Positions 49,805 to 58,774 of a stretch of DNA of 64,000 nt are shown piece after piece. Both the position numbers and the translations under genes were made by a program. The stretch is from Candidatus Woesebacteria bacterium. Its GTDB lineage: Bacteria; Patescibacteriota; Microgenomatia; UBA1400; UBA12028. The notes beneath the pieces were generated by a model that was given only the letters and a program-made list of their open reading frames with translations, searched no databases and had not been told where the DNA came from. The first letter of the stretch is position 1; the number at the start of each line of letters is the position of its first letter. The DNA lies in NCBI GenBank assembly GCA_040006915.1, contig JBDTWD010000005.1:23394-87393 (forward strand). The letters are read 5' to 3'.

Positions 49805-49826
49805 TCACCCTTTTTCTGGCATATAT

Positions 49827-51317
49827 TTACTCCGATTCAATAATACTAACCTGGTCTAACAAATCAGATGTCCAGAACGTGATACGTTGCTTTGGAAGAA
49901 TGAGCGCTCTAGATGGCTGCAATTCTTTCACGAATTCTTCTGTGTGACTTACGATTAACATCGTTCCTGTATAGGCTTTGAGTGCCTCTAGAATAATTCG
50001 TTGACTTAACACGTCCAAATACGTTGTTGGTTCATCTAGAATTAATACATTGTAAGGATAAAGCATGATCAAGGCGATTGCCAACCTTGTCTTCTCACCA
50101 CCAGAAAGAGTTCCGATTTTTTGATTCAGTCGGTCTACAGAAAATAAAAACCGTTTTAGGAAGCCATATATTTTGTCACGCGCTAACATCTGAGTATTTT
50201 CTACAACATCTTGAATTGTAAGCGTATCGTCAAAGTTTGTACTCTCTTGGGAGTAATACCCCACACTCAGACTCTCGGAACGGATCACTTCACCACTATC
50301 TGGTTCCAACGTACCTGTGAGCAATTTTATCAGCGTCGTTTTCCCAACTCCATTAGGGCCGAGTAAGGCTAGTCGTTCTCCTCGTAATAGTTCAAATGAA
50401 AGATCTTGAAGAACCGTATGATTGCCATATTTTTTAGAAAGATGTTGCACTCGTATAGGCACCCGTCCGATGGCGATTGGCTCCGAGAATTTCGCCTTAA
50501 AGGTCGATAATTCTTTGGGTAGCTCTGGTAACTTATCTTTGAGCCGGACAATCTTTCTCTCTTGCATGACACGCTGTCTGACACCTTTTTTTGATGTCAA
50601 TTTACGCAAATTGCCCAGACCTGCCTCCATACGTTTAATATGTTTTTGCTCATTTACCACTTTGCGAGTAAGAAGAGCATCTTGCTGCTGCTTCGTTTTT
50701 ATAAAAGCGGTGTAGTTTCCAGTATATGTATCAATTTTTTTCGTGTGCTGATTTAAAAACAATACACGCTGGATATGCTTGTCCAGCAAATCTAAATCAT
50801 GGGAAACAATCAAAACCGTATGTGGGTATGCAGCGATCCACTGCATCACCCACTTTTTACCGGCTGCATCTAAGAAATTGGTAGGCTCATCCAACAACAA
50901 AATTTCAGGTTCTGACAAAAAAGCTTTTGTAAGCGCTAATTTGGTTTTTTGACCTCCACTCAAGTGAGAAAGATCATGACTCATTTTCTGCCATTCAAGT
51001 TCCAATCCATTAAAAATTTCGTGGATTTTTGCCTCTGAATGGAGATGCTCAGGATCTACATACTCATACATCGTTGCAGCTTCCAGTAATGCCTGGTCGT
51101 ACTTTACTTCTTGGGGCATTATAGTAAGTGTCCCATCAATACGAATTGTTCCTTCTGAAGGAAGTTCTTCTCTTGTGAGAAGTTTAAACAGAGTAGATTT
51201 TCCAGCTCCGTTCGGGCCGACAAGCCCAGCTTTATCATTTCTTCCCACCAAAAAACTCACGTCTTCAAAAACGGGTTCGTATCCATAGGAGAAAGAAATA
51301 TTTTTTACGGTGATCAT
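49827..51317 (-). CDS. ABC-F family ATPase
   Basis: Two ABC domains (GPNGAGKST/LSGGQK/LDEPTN; GPNGVGKTT/LSGGEK/LDEPT), YTGNY linker, no TM. Confidence 0.92.
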   Translation of the reverse strand: MITVKNISFSYGYEPVFEDVSFLVGRNDKAGLVGPNGAGKSTLFKLLTREELPSEGTIRIDGTLTIMPQEVKYDQALLEAATMYEYVDPEHLHSEAKIHEIFNGLELEWQKMSHDLSHLSGGQKTKLALTKAFLSEPEILLLDEPTNFLDAAGKKWVMQWIAAYPHTVLIVSHDLDLLDKHIQRVLFLNQHTKKIDTYTGNYTAFIKTKQQQDALLTRKVVNEQKHIKRMEAGLGNLRKLTSKKGVRQRVMQERKIVRLKDKLPELPKELSTFKAKFSEPIAIGRVPIRVQHLSKKYGNHTVLQDLSFELLRGERLALLGPNGVGKTTLIKLLTGTLEPDSGEVIRSESLSVGYYSQESTNFDDTLTIQDVVENTQMLARDKIYGFLKRFLFSVDRLNQKIGTLSGGEKTRLAIALIMLYPYNVLILDEPTTYLDVLSQRIILEALKAYTGTMLIVSHTEEFVKELQPSRALILPKQRITFWTSDLLDQVSIIESE

Positions 51318-51347
51318 GTCACCCAATTATCTCATATGACTCTATTT

Positions 51348-51524
51348 TCAGCGTTGTGACGGAACTTTATCTCCTTCTTTTCTAGCTTCTGAGATTCCGA
51401 TTGCGACTGCTTGTTTCCGACTTGTTACTTTAGTATCACTTTTTCCGCTTTTCAATTTTCCTTCTTTAAACTCTTCCATGACTTTATGGATTTTTGATTG
51501 AGCTTGCTTCCCATATTTTGGCAT
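51348..51524 (-). CDS. Small basic protein, DUF6496-like (58 aa, below ORF-track cutoff)
   Basis: MPKYGKQAQSKIHKVMEEFKEGKLKSGKSDTKVTSRKQAVAIGISEARKEGDKVPSQR; AAAGGA SD. Confidence 0.8.
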   Translation of the reverse strand: MPKYGKQAQSKIHKVMEEFKEGKLKSGKSDTKVTSRKQAVAIGISEARKEGDKVPSQR

Positions 51525-51639
51525 ATCATCCTTTCTTTATTCATAAATACAAGGAAAATGTACTGCTTTAACTGAATAAAAACATATAAAGAGAGTATCA
51601 AAAAAGTAAGAAAAATGACGGCACCAATACAAAATTTTT

Positions 51640-52488
51640 CTATTCAAACAATTTCGCATCTATAAAGTATTGCGCCAGTTTATCTTGGATGAAGTTCACT
51701 CCCAGCTGCGAGGGATGAATATGATCAGTAGGGTTTATATACTTTAACACCCCACTTCCAGTCTTGTCCTTTGTTTGATTATAGATATCGACCAACGGAA
51801 TATTGTGCTCTTTGGCAAAGGCAATGTGATTTTCGATATATTGATCCCGTTCAGAGGCCCAACTCTCCCTGGCCGCTAAATCAAGTTCCACTGCTCCAAC
51901 CCCATACATAGTGTGTGAAGGAGCTATGGTTGCCAAAAAAACCACCAAAGCACTTGGCTGCTCCCGATTTAACAGACGCATAGTAGTGAATAATGATTCA
52001 TTGGCTTTATCGATTCCTTCAGTTCTGCCTAAATGTGACAACGGGTTGTACCCAAAAGATTCAATCACAATAATATCGAACGGTTTTCCTAAAACTGGCT
52101 CATAGGTAGCATTCGCTTCTGTGGCTTTCGTAAGCAGTCTATCCTGTAAACTTTCGACATTGGATGAGGGAGCACTTTGATTCTCGATGATCAAATCGAC
52201 ATCGGGATATTTCTTTTTTACTACTAAACGCAGTTCATCAGCATATGGACCGAGTGCGGCTGTCATTGAATCACCCAACAAAATAATTCTGTAGGCTTTC
52301 TTTACTGGAAGCTCTGGTGGCTCATAGTGAACGAAAGGGACCTGGGGTTCTGGAGTAGGACTTGAAACGATAGCATCAGATTGCAAAAGTGTTGGGCCAG
52401 ATAACGATCCAACTGGGGTACGACGCATGTAAACGGCAAGTGAAGCAATACAAATCCCAAGTACGGCAAGAAAAATAATCAGACGCAT
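51640..52488 (-). CDS. SGNH/GDSL hydrolase, membrane anchored
   Basis: LLGDSMT, FGYN, DHIHPS. Confidence 0.85.
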   Translation of the reverse strand: MRLIIFLAVLGICIASLAVYMRRTPVGSLSGPTLLQSDAIVSSPTPEPQVPFVHYEPPELPVKKAYRIILLGDSMTAALGPYADELRLVVKKKYPDVDLIIENQSAPSSNVESLQDRLLTKATEANATYEPVLGKPFDIIVIESFGYNPLSHLGRTEGIDKANESLFTTMRLLNREQPSALVVFLATIAPSHTMYGVGAVELDLAARESWASERDQYIENHIAFAKEHNIPLVDIYNQTKDKTGSGVLKYINPTDHIHPSQLGVNFIQDKLAQYFIDAKLFE

Positions 52489-52520
52489 GCTGTAACTTTA
52501 CCATGACTCGGAAAATAGTA

Positions 52521-53897
52521 CTAACGTGTTACTTCAGGAAGCTCTTCAATCGGAGTTCTCACTTGGAAACGCCAATTAGGATCGTCTGTCGGTGTTTCTG
52601 TACCAGGTATATTAATTCGCTCTGTTGTTTGTAACCAGTCTTGGATAGGAACAATGACTGTTTGGGCAGGGGAAGAGATCACTGCTTGAATTAATTTTTG
52701 AATGTAGAGATGGTCATCTACGGTATATTCAATTTGAGCCGCTTGGGCAATCTTTTGTTTCTCTTCTCTGGTCTGATTTTCAATGAATGAACATAATGTC
52801 TCCGTATCGTGTGTGGAGGTATAGATGACAGAGAGGGCTGGAATTTGGGTCATACTTTCGGTGGCACTAAAACGGAAAATACGAATACTTGGACAGCGAA
52901 ATTTTTGTAAAGATTGCTTCATCTCGGCTGTTTGAGTTCCACTATCCTCAGCAAAGATTGAAATTCCCAGAAGTCCTGCGAGTTTCATTAGCTTCTCAAA
53001 GACAGGAGATCCAGGTCCCACCACATCTTGATCATGACGAGGATGACGCATATCCATACGACCATAATGATAAAAGGCTTCAGCGTAATCAAACCGCAGC
53101 GAACCAAATAGTGAAGCCATATATTCAAGTCGAAGAGTCCAAATAAACAACACAGACTGACAACCAGTTTTTGATTCCCAGTGATAGAGTGGGTGTCCCC
53201 AAACTTGTCGTCCAAAAAAAGATGGAGGAGAATCGGTAACTCCTGACACAACTTGTAAAGATCCATCCGCTTCAATCTCAAATGCGTCCTGATGTGCCCA
53301 AACTAATGGACTATGGAGTGCCAAATAAAAAGGTAAATCTCCACTCAGTGTAATTCCCAATCTTGCTGCTTTTTGTTTCAGTTCTTCAAACGCGGCATGG
53401 AGTCTCCATTGCATGATAATATGTTGATCAATTTCTTTAGCCAGAATTCTACTCCATTTTTCGATTGCTTCTGGTTCATGTTCACACACCTCTTTGTCCC
53501 ATTCTCGCCAGTTGTCGGTTTGGAAATAATCACGTAACGCACAAAACAAAGCATACTTATGAATCCAGTTTTCATGTTGAGAAATGAAAGCACTTTTCTG
53601 TTCTTGAGTCGGGAAGCTCGAAGCAAACTTCTCCGGGAGATACTTGGGATCCAGTCCGATGCCGTATCCTTTATACGGTGAAGAAACTTGTTTTTGCGTA
53701 TGCGGTTCAAATTCACTGGTATGGAGTGGAAGAAATTGCCAAAGAGACTGTTTGGTTTTGTGTAACCAATCTAAGAAATACAAACCCGTGGCTAACGTTC
53801 CCTTGTCATGAACAACATCATTGACACTGTGGAGTGAAGAAAGAGGAGCTACTGTTCCGAGTCGTTTTTTAGTGGATATATCAATATATATCTTCAT
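52521..53897 (-). CDS. malQ: 4-alpha-glucanotransferase (GH77)
   Basis: WQFLPL, SSPY, GDLPFY, GRQVWGHPLY.W, LRFD, AED, STHD, RINIPGT, NWRF. Confidence 0.88.
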   Translation of the reverse strand: MKIYIDISTKKRLGTVAPLSSLHSVNDVVHDKGTLATGLYFLDWLHKTKQSLWQFLPLHTSEFEPHTQKQVSSPYKGYGIGLDPKYLPEKFASSFPTQEQKSAFISQHENWIHKYALFCALRDYFQTDNWREWDKEVCEHEPEAIEKWSRILAKEIDQHIIMQWRLHAAFEELKQKAARLGITLSGDLPFYLALHSPLVWAHQDAFEIEADGSLQVVSGVTDSPPSFFGRQVWGHPLYHWESKTGCQSVLFIWTLRLEYMASLFGSLRFDYAEAFYHYGRMDMRHPRHDQDVVGPGSPVFEKLMKLAGLLGISIFAEDSGTQTAEMKQSLQKFRCPSIRIFRFSATESMTQIPALSVIYTSTHDTETLCSFIENQTREEKQKIAQAAQIEYTVDDHLYIQKLIQAVISSPAQTVIVPIQDWLQTTERINIPGTETPTDDPNWRFQVRTPIEELPEVTR

Positions 53898-53917
53898 TAT
53901 AACAGGTTGTCTGAAGT

Positions 53918-54319
53918 TTACTTGAGGGTTTTCATTTGAACCAAATCCCAAAGATTCCCATAGAGGTCCTCAAATACTGCAACTGTACCGTAATCGGCTT
54001 CTTTTGGTTCTCGGATAAATTTGATTCCTACAGATACCATCTCTTTGTAATCACGCCAGAAATCATCAGTATTCAAAAATAAGAATACTCGTCCCCCGGC
54101 TTGATTTCCAACAAATGGTTCCTGTATCGGTTTTGAAGCCCGAGCCAACAGCAGATGAGTTCCCGTCGCATTTGGTGGAGCGACTACCACCCAACGTTTG
54201 TCCTGTTCAGGTTGGTAGGTATCTTCAACCAAAGTGAAGTGTAATTTTTTGGTATAAAACTCAATCGCTTCATCATAGTCTCTGACCACCAAGGCGATGA
54301 GAAAAATCGATTGCTTCAT
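53918..54319 (-). CDS. VOC family protein
   Basis: ALVVRDYDEAIEFYT, YGTVAVFEDLYGNLWDL. Confidence 0.92.
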   Translation of the reverse strand: MKQSIFLIALVVRDYDEAIEFYTKKLHFTLVEDTYQPEQDKRWVVVAPPNATGTHLLLARASKPIQEPFVGNQAGGRVFLFLNTDDFWRDYKEMVSVGIKFIREPKEADYGTVAVFEDLYGNLWDLVQMKTLK

Positions 54320-54906
54320 AGATGGGAAATGTTATGACAATCTACTAAAGTGAATTTATCTCCATCTTTTTGAATAGTTGTGATCGAGCATTCCTTGACG
54401 GAATAATCTCTCCCTTCGGGAAAGGCCTGTACAAGATGAACCAATTCATCTTCTGAAAATTCGTTTCGCAAGAAATCAGAAATGGCGCCCCCATGCGTAA
54501 CGAGAGCAATATACATATCCTGATTAGAGTCTAACTCTTCAATTATACTTCTGATGCGCTTCCCTGTGGCATAGGAAGACATTCCGTGCAGAGGAGCACT
54601 CATACGGTTCCACGATGCTTTTACCCAATCGTGAAAGAATTCGTCACGAGTTTTACCGATATAGTCTGCAAAGTCCATTCGTTCCTTTAGTCGTTCATCC
54701 GTATGAATTGGTAATGAAAGAGTGGCAGCTATATGTCCTGCCGTTTGTTGAGTCCTCAGTTTTGGACTCGCAATAATGTACGAAATTGGAAATTTCTTTA
54801 AGAATTCTCCGGTCTTTTGCGCTTGTTGATGTCCAAGTTCGGTAAGCTCAGGATCATAGTGGCTTTCCTGCTTTTGTCCGTGGCGAATAAGGTAAAAAGT
54901 GGTCAT
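54316..54906 (-). CDS. Histidine phosphatase family protein
   Basis: LIRHG, SPKLRTQQTA, VTHGG. Confidence 0.9.
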   Translation of the reverse strand: MTTFYLIRHGQKQESHYDPELTELGHQQAQKTGEFLKKFPISYIIASPKLRTQQTAGHIAATLSLPIHTDERLKERMDFADYIGKTRDEFFHDWVKASWNRMSAPLHGMSSYATGKRIRSIIEELDSNQDMYIALVTHGGAISDFLRNEFSEDELVHLVQAFPEGRDYSVKECSITTIQKDGDKFTLVDCHNISHL

Positions 54907-55334
54907 TATTCATTTCCTTCCATCTTTCGTATGTAATCAAACACTTCATCAAAAATAATTTTGACTGTTGGTACTGTTTTTAGCAGCTGCGTTGCTTCCA
55001 AAGAAAAAAGGCCTATGTCATCGCCTTCCTGCTGTTTACTTTTCAATACCTCCAACGATTCTTTTATGGGTGATAGGAATACAAAACGTTCACATAAACC
55101 ATCTTCTTCCTGTATCTCGTACCGTTTGAACAAGCGAGCATTACTCAACTTAATTTGTAACTCTTCTGAAATCTCTCTTATTACTGCTTCCTCAGGTGTC
55201 TCATTTCCTTCAATACCGCCACCAAAAAATCCCCAGTATCCTGGATAGTAAGATGCATTCGCATCTCTGTGTTGTAAGAGTATTTCCTCGTGAGGATTGT
55301 AGAAGATCAAAATAGCGATGCGTCTTTTGTACAT
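54906..55334 (-). CDS. NUDIX hydrolase
   Basis: GGGIEGNETPEEAVIREISEEL; ATG 55334 preferred. Confidence 0.88.
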   Translation of the reverse strand: MYKRRIAILIFYNPHEEILLQHRDANASYYPGYWGFFGGGIEGNETPEEAVIREISEELQIKLSNARLFKRYEIQEEDGLCERFVFLSPIKESLEVLKSKQQEGDDIGLFSLEATQLLKTVPTVKIIFDEVFDYIRKMEGNE

Positions 55335-55341
55335 AAAGTTA

Positions 55342-55845
55342 CTATAGCGGAAGCACCATTTCAATTTCTTTGGGTGTGAAACCATATTTTTCATACAGTT
55401 TCACGGCATCACTATTGTCTGAGTGAACAAGTAAACGCACGGTTTCACAATGTTGTTCTTTAAAATATTCTTTTATCGTGTCTATGAGCTTTTTCCCAGT
55501 TCCTCTTCCTCTATAGTCAGGATTCACAAAGAGTAAACCAATCCATCCTTCTTTGCTTTTTTTGTGTCCAAGTGTGTGCATGACTTCACCCTCATGGGTG
55601 GTAATAATACCTTGGATAAAGCCAATGACTGTTTCACCGATCTTTGCTACATATGTAGCACCCTGCATTTCTTGCACATCTTTTAAACCTTGATCGAAGT
55701 ATGCATTTGCTTCTTCTCGTGACTGAAATGTCCGCAGTTCACCCATTGAGTCAACATTGGCAAAGTGCGTCTGGAGCGAACTCATCAATGTAACAACCGC
55801 TTCGTAATCATCTGAAGAATATTTCTTGATTTCTGCATCGTTCAT
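55342..55845 (-). CDS. GNAT acetyltransferase
   Basis: LFVNPDYRGRGTGKKL, N.DAVKLYEKYGF. Confidence 0.9.
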   Translation of the reverse strand: MNDAEIKKYSSDDYEAVVTLMSSLQTHFANVDSMGELRTFQSREEANAYFDQGLKDVQEMQGATYVAKIGETVIGFIQGIITTHEGEVMHTLGHKKSKEGWIGLLFVNPDYRGRGTGKKLIDTIKEYFKEQHCETVRLLVHSDNSDAVKLYEKYGFTPKEIEMVLPL

Positions 55846-55940
55846 ACTCTGATTCTATGCAGAAAAAAAGAAAAAGCAATGTAAACACGTGCGGTTCTGC
55901 TAGAATTATGGAACAATCTATAACGTAAAGGAGACTTGGT

Positions 55941-56276
55941 ATGGCAAAGTACATGGTGTTATACAACTCAACAGCATCTGCAAGTGAACTGATGGCCAAA
56001 GCCAGCCCTGAAGAAATGAAAGCCAGTATGGATGAGTGGATGAAGTGGAAAGATGAGGCAACGAAAAGCGTTAAATTTGAGTGGGGTTTGCCGTTGCAAA
56101 TCACAACCAGACTCACACCTACCGGCCCAACCACAAGTGACTCACCTGTTTCTGGTTACGCAATCATGGAAGGTGAAAAAGAGGCCGTTCTGGATGCTTT
56201 AGCAACTCACCCGAATTTAAAACGCGAAGGGGCTTCAATTGATGTCCTGGAAATGATTTCGATGCCGGGGATGTAA
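55941..56276 (+). CDS. YciI/DGPF-like protein
   Basis: KYMVLY...W.KW...G.PL...VSGYAI...HP; AAGGAG SD. Confidence 0.7.
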   Translation: MAKYMVLYNSTASASELMAKASPEEMKASMDEWMKWKDEATKSVKFEWGLPLQITTRLTPTGPTTSDSPVSGYAIMEGEKEAVLDALATHPNLKREGASIDVLEMISMPGM

Positions 56277-56280
56277 AAAA

Positions 56281-56757
56281 TCATTCTCTCAGACGGATAT
56301 AATTTTCAATATCTTTGCGAATTCCCTCAACTGATATTAGCTCGAGTGCTTCTTCCGGCGTAACCCATCGATATGCCTGATGCTCATGTGAAATTGAGAC
56401 TTTCTGCGCCGTAGTTTCACATACGTAGGTGATTCCTATCAACTCATTTTCTGCAGTTTCTGGTCCTCTATATATATGCCAAACACGCAAAACTCCTTTG
56501 ATCGCAAGATCATCAATGCCATTTTCCTCTGAAACTTCACGCTTCAACCCTTTCTCGGTCCCTTCGTGCTGATCGATACGGCCATAGGTAATCTCCCATT
56601 CATTTGGATGCCAATCTTCTGAACTAGCTCGTTGGGTAATTAAAATTTTCCCGGTGTCTTTCTGAACTATCACTGCCCCAACGGCGACCATGAAACGACC
56701 AACTGGGTTTTTCTCGGTATGAGTATTATTTGGTTGAGAGATTTTTTCATTTTCCAT
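56281..56757 (-). CDS. NUDIX hydrolase
   Basis: GRIDQHEGTEKGLKREVSEENG, ISHEHQAYRWV. Confidence 0.85.
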   Translation of the reverse strand: MENEKISQPNNTHTEKNPVGRFMVAVGAVIVQKDTGKILITQRASSEDWHPNEWEITYGRIDQHEGTEKGLKREVSEENGIDDLAIKGVLRVWHIYRGPETAENELIGITYVCETTAQKVSISHEHQAYRWVTPEEALELISVEGIRKDIENYIRLRE

Positions 56758-56785
56758 ATATCGGCAGTATATCAGGAAAAAAAAT

Positions 56786-57379
56786 CTACTCTAAAGATCC
56801 TGTCTTGACCTTCCCTGCACGTTTAAATGAAGCGAAGATTACTCCACTGGGTGATGTTTTAGATTGAGTCAACGTAAAAGCAGCAGGGACCGTCCCGGTA
56901 TCAAACAATTTCTTCCCTGTTCCTAGAGTGATCGGGAATATTTTCAACCACAATTCATCGACCAAGTCATCCTTTAACAACGTTTGAATGAGCTTACCGC
57001 TCCCATGCACCTGCAAATCTGGACCGTTTGAGTTTTTTAGCTTTATTAATTCTTTTGTGTCTTTTACCACCACTGTGTTTTCCCAGGTTGGGTTTTTTAA
57101 GGTTTTTGAGACAACATATTTTGTAATTTTATTTACTTGTGGCCATCCCTCTGTATGCTCTGGCCAATATCCGGCAAAAATGTCATAGGTTATATGCCCA
57201 AGAAGCAGATCATATTTCCCTTTCATCTGCTTACCCATTTCTTTCCCCGCCATTTCATCAAAATAGGGTGCCGTCCATCCACCATATTTGAAGTTACCAC
57301 TTGTATCTTCTTTAGGTCCACCCGGGGCCTGCATGACGCCATCAAGGGTAATGAAAGAGAGGACAATGATTTTTCTCAT
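56786..57379 (-). CDS. Dihydrofolate reductase-like / RibD C-terminal domain protein
   Basis: FITLDGVMQAPGGP, GSGKLIQTLL...LVDE, P..LGTGKKLF. Confidence 0.9.
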   Translation of the reverse strand: MRKIIVLSFITLDGVMQAPGGPKEDTSGNFKYGGWTAPYFDEMAGKEMGKQMKGKYDLLLGHITYDIFAGYWPEHTEGWPQVNKITKYVVSKTLKNPTWENTVVVKDTKELIKLKNSNGPDLQVHGSGKLIQTLLKDDLVDELWLKIFPITLGTGKKLFDTGTVPAAFTLTQSKTSPSGVIFASFKRAGKVKTGSLE

Positions 57380-57513
57380 AGACTATTATTCTATCAAATT
57401 GAATAAGTCAAGGAAAGTTATTTTTTATTGTAGCGAAGATAAATTATTTAAAAGGGTGCGATTTTAGATACTATATTTGGTTCCGGACAATGTTTGGTAT
57501 ATACTCAACTTGT

Positions 57514-57585
57514 ATGACCACCAATTTCTGTCACTTCCATTACTTTATTCAGATCCAAAGCGGGAGGTGTTCGCATGCAACATAG
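57514..57585 (+). CDS. Putative leader peptide MTTNFCHFHYFIQIQSGRCSHAT
   Basis: ATG at 57514, 8 nt after TATACT (57500-57505); FCHFHYF cluster; ORF overlaps the antiterminator arm. Confidence 0.65.
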   Translation: MTTNFCHFHYFIQIQSGRCSHAT

Positions 57586-57613
57586 CAGAAGAAAAAGTCA
57601 GCAAGAAACGAAC

Positions 57614-57639
57614 AACCTCCCACAGTCGGAGGTTTTTTT
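57614..57639 (+). terminator. Intrinsic terminator in the leader of the M20/NSAR operon (attenuator)
   Basis: AACCTCC-CACAGTC-GGAGGTT then a T-run, ~22 nt before the ATG at 57662; no upstream gene on this strand other than the short ORF. Confidence 0.85.
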
Positions 57640-57661
57640 ATATTAAAATTTGAAAGGAAAT

Positions 57662-58774
57662 ATGCTTACAACACAACAATTAAAAACACAGCTCGGTACT
57701 CTAGTCGGGTTTCAAACATTAACTGGGAATGTCAGTGAAAATGCCAAAGCTCTTGATTATGTCGAATCACTCCTCTCCCCTCAAGCCAAGGTTAAACGGA
57801 TTAAAAATAAAACAACAGAAATCCTCTTAGCGAGTACGAATGATTCGCTTACTCCTGAAATTGGATATATGGTTCACATGGATGTAGTTTCAGCCTCCCC
57901 CGCCCTCTTTTCTCTGAAAGAAAAGAACGGGAAGCTCTATGGTCGGGGTGTAAGTGATATGAAATTTTCCATCCCTTTGGGGGTTTCGATCCTAAATGAA
58001 CTGATCGAGACACACAGTCCAATCTCTTTTACACTTGCCATAACCACCGATGAAGAAGTCGGAGGATATGATGGGGGCGCGTATCTAGCAGAAACGATTG
58101 GGTGGAAACCAAAAGCCTTAATTGTCCCTGACGGAGGAGACAATATGCAGTTTGTGAACAAAGCCAAAGGAGTGTGCCAACTCATCGTGACTGCAAGTGG
58201 AAGATCCGCGCACGCATCCCGACCATGGGAAGGGAAAAATGCATTAGTTCCCATTGCCAAGCTCATAACAGAGCTTGAAAAACGGTATGGGGGAAATAAT
58301 CAGACCGAGGGTTGGAAAACTACTCTAAACTTTGGCAAGCTGATCGGAGGAATTTCTATCAATCAAGTATGTGATAAAGCAGTATTGAATATGGACTTTC
58401 GCTATCCGGAGACTGACTCAGTACAACGAATTACTGATGAAGTATCACAGCTCGTCAAAGCCATAGAGCCGACGATGAAGATCACTAAAGGTTTAACCGG
58501 ACTTCCAACATATACGGACGTTAATTTGCCCGTCGTGAAACGGTTCTTAAACTGTATTGGAGACAAAGTCGGAAAACCAATCATAGTAGCACCAACCTAT
58601 GGAGCGTCCGATGCCAGGCATTTTGCCAAAGATAATATTCCAGTATTGATGATCAAGCCAATGGGCGGTGATATTCATTGTGAGACTGAATGGCTGGATA
58701 TTCAATCGACATTGGATCTCTATCAAGGGTTGCGAACCTTCTTACAGTTATCCAAAGAAAAAGTGATGATATGA
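57662..58774 (+). CDS. M20 family metallopeptidase/deacylase (DapE/ArgE-like)
   Basis: HMDVV, GRGVSDMK, DEEVGG, HAS, SDAR, IHCETE; AAAGGA SD. Confidence 0.88.
   Translation: MLTTQQLKTQLGTLVGFQTLTGNVSENAKALDYVESLLSPQAKVKRIKNKTTEILLASTNDSLTPEIGYMVHMDVVSASPALFSLKEKNGKLYGRGVSDMKFSIPLGVSILNELIETHSPISFTLAITTDEEVGGYDGGAYLAETIGWKPKALIVPDGGDNMQFVNKAKGVCQLIVTASGRSAHASRPWEGKNALVPIAKLITELEKRYGGNNQTEGWKTTLNFGKLIGGISINQVCDKAVLNMDFRYPETDSVQRITDEVSQLVKAIEPTMKITKGLTGLPTYTDVNLPVVKRFLNCIGDKVGKPIIVAPTYGASDARHFAKDNIPVLMIKPMGGDIHCETEWLDIQSTLDLYQGLRTFLQLSKEKVMI

Noticed and set aside
55342-55845. GNAT as the missing D-amino-acid succinyltransferase
   Set aside because: Short generic single-domain GNAT on the opposite strand, separated by unrelated genes; nothing links it to the operon
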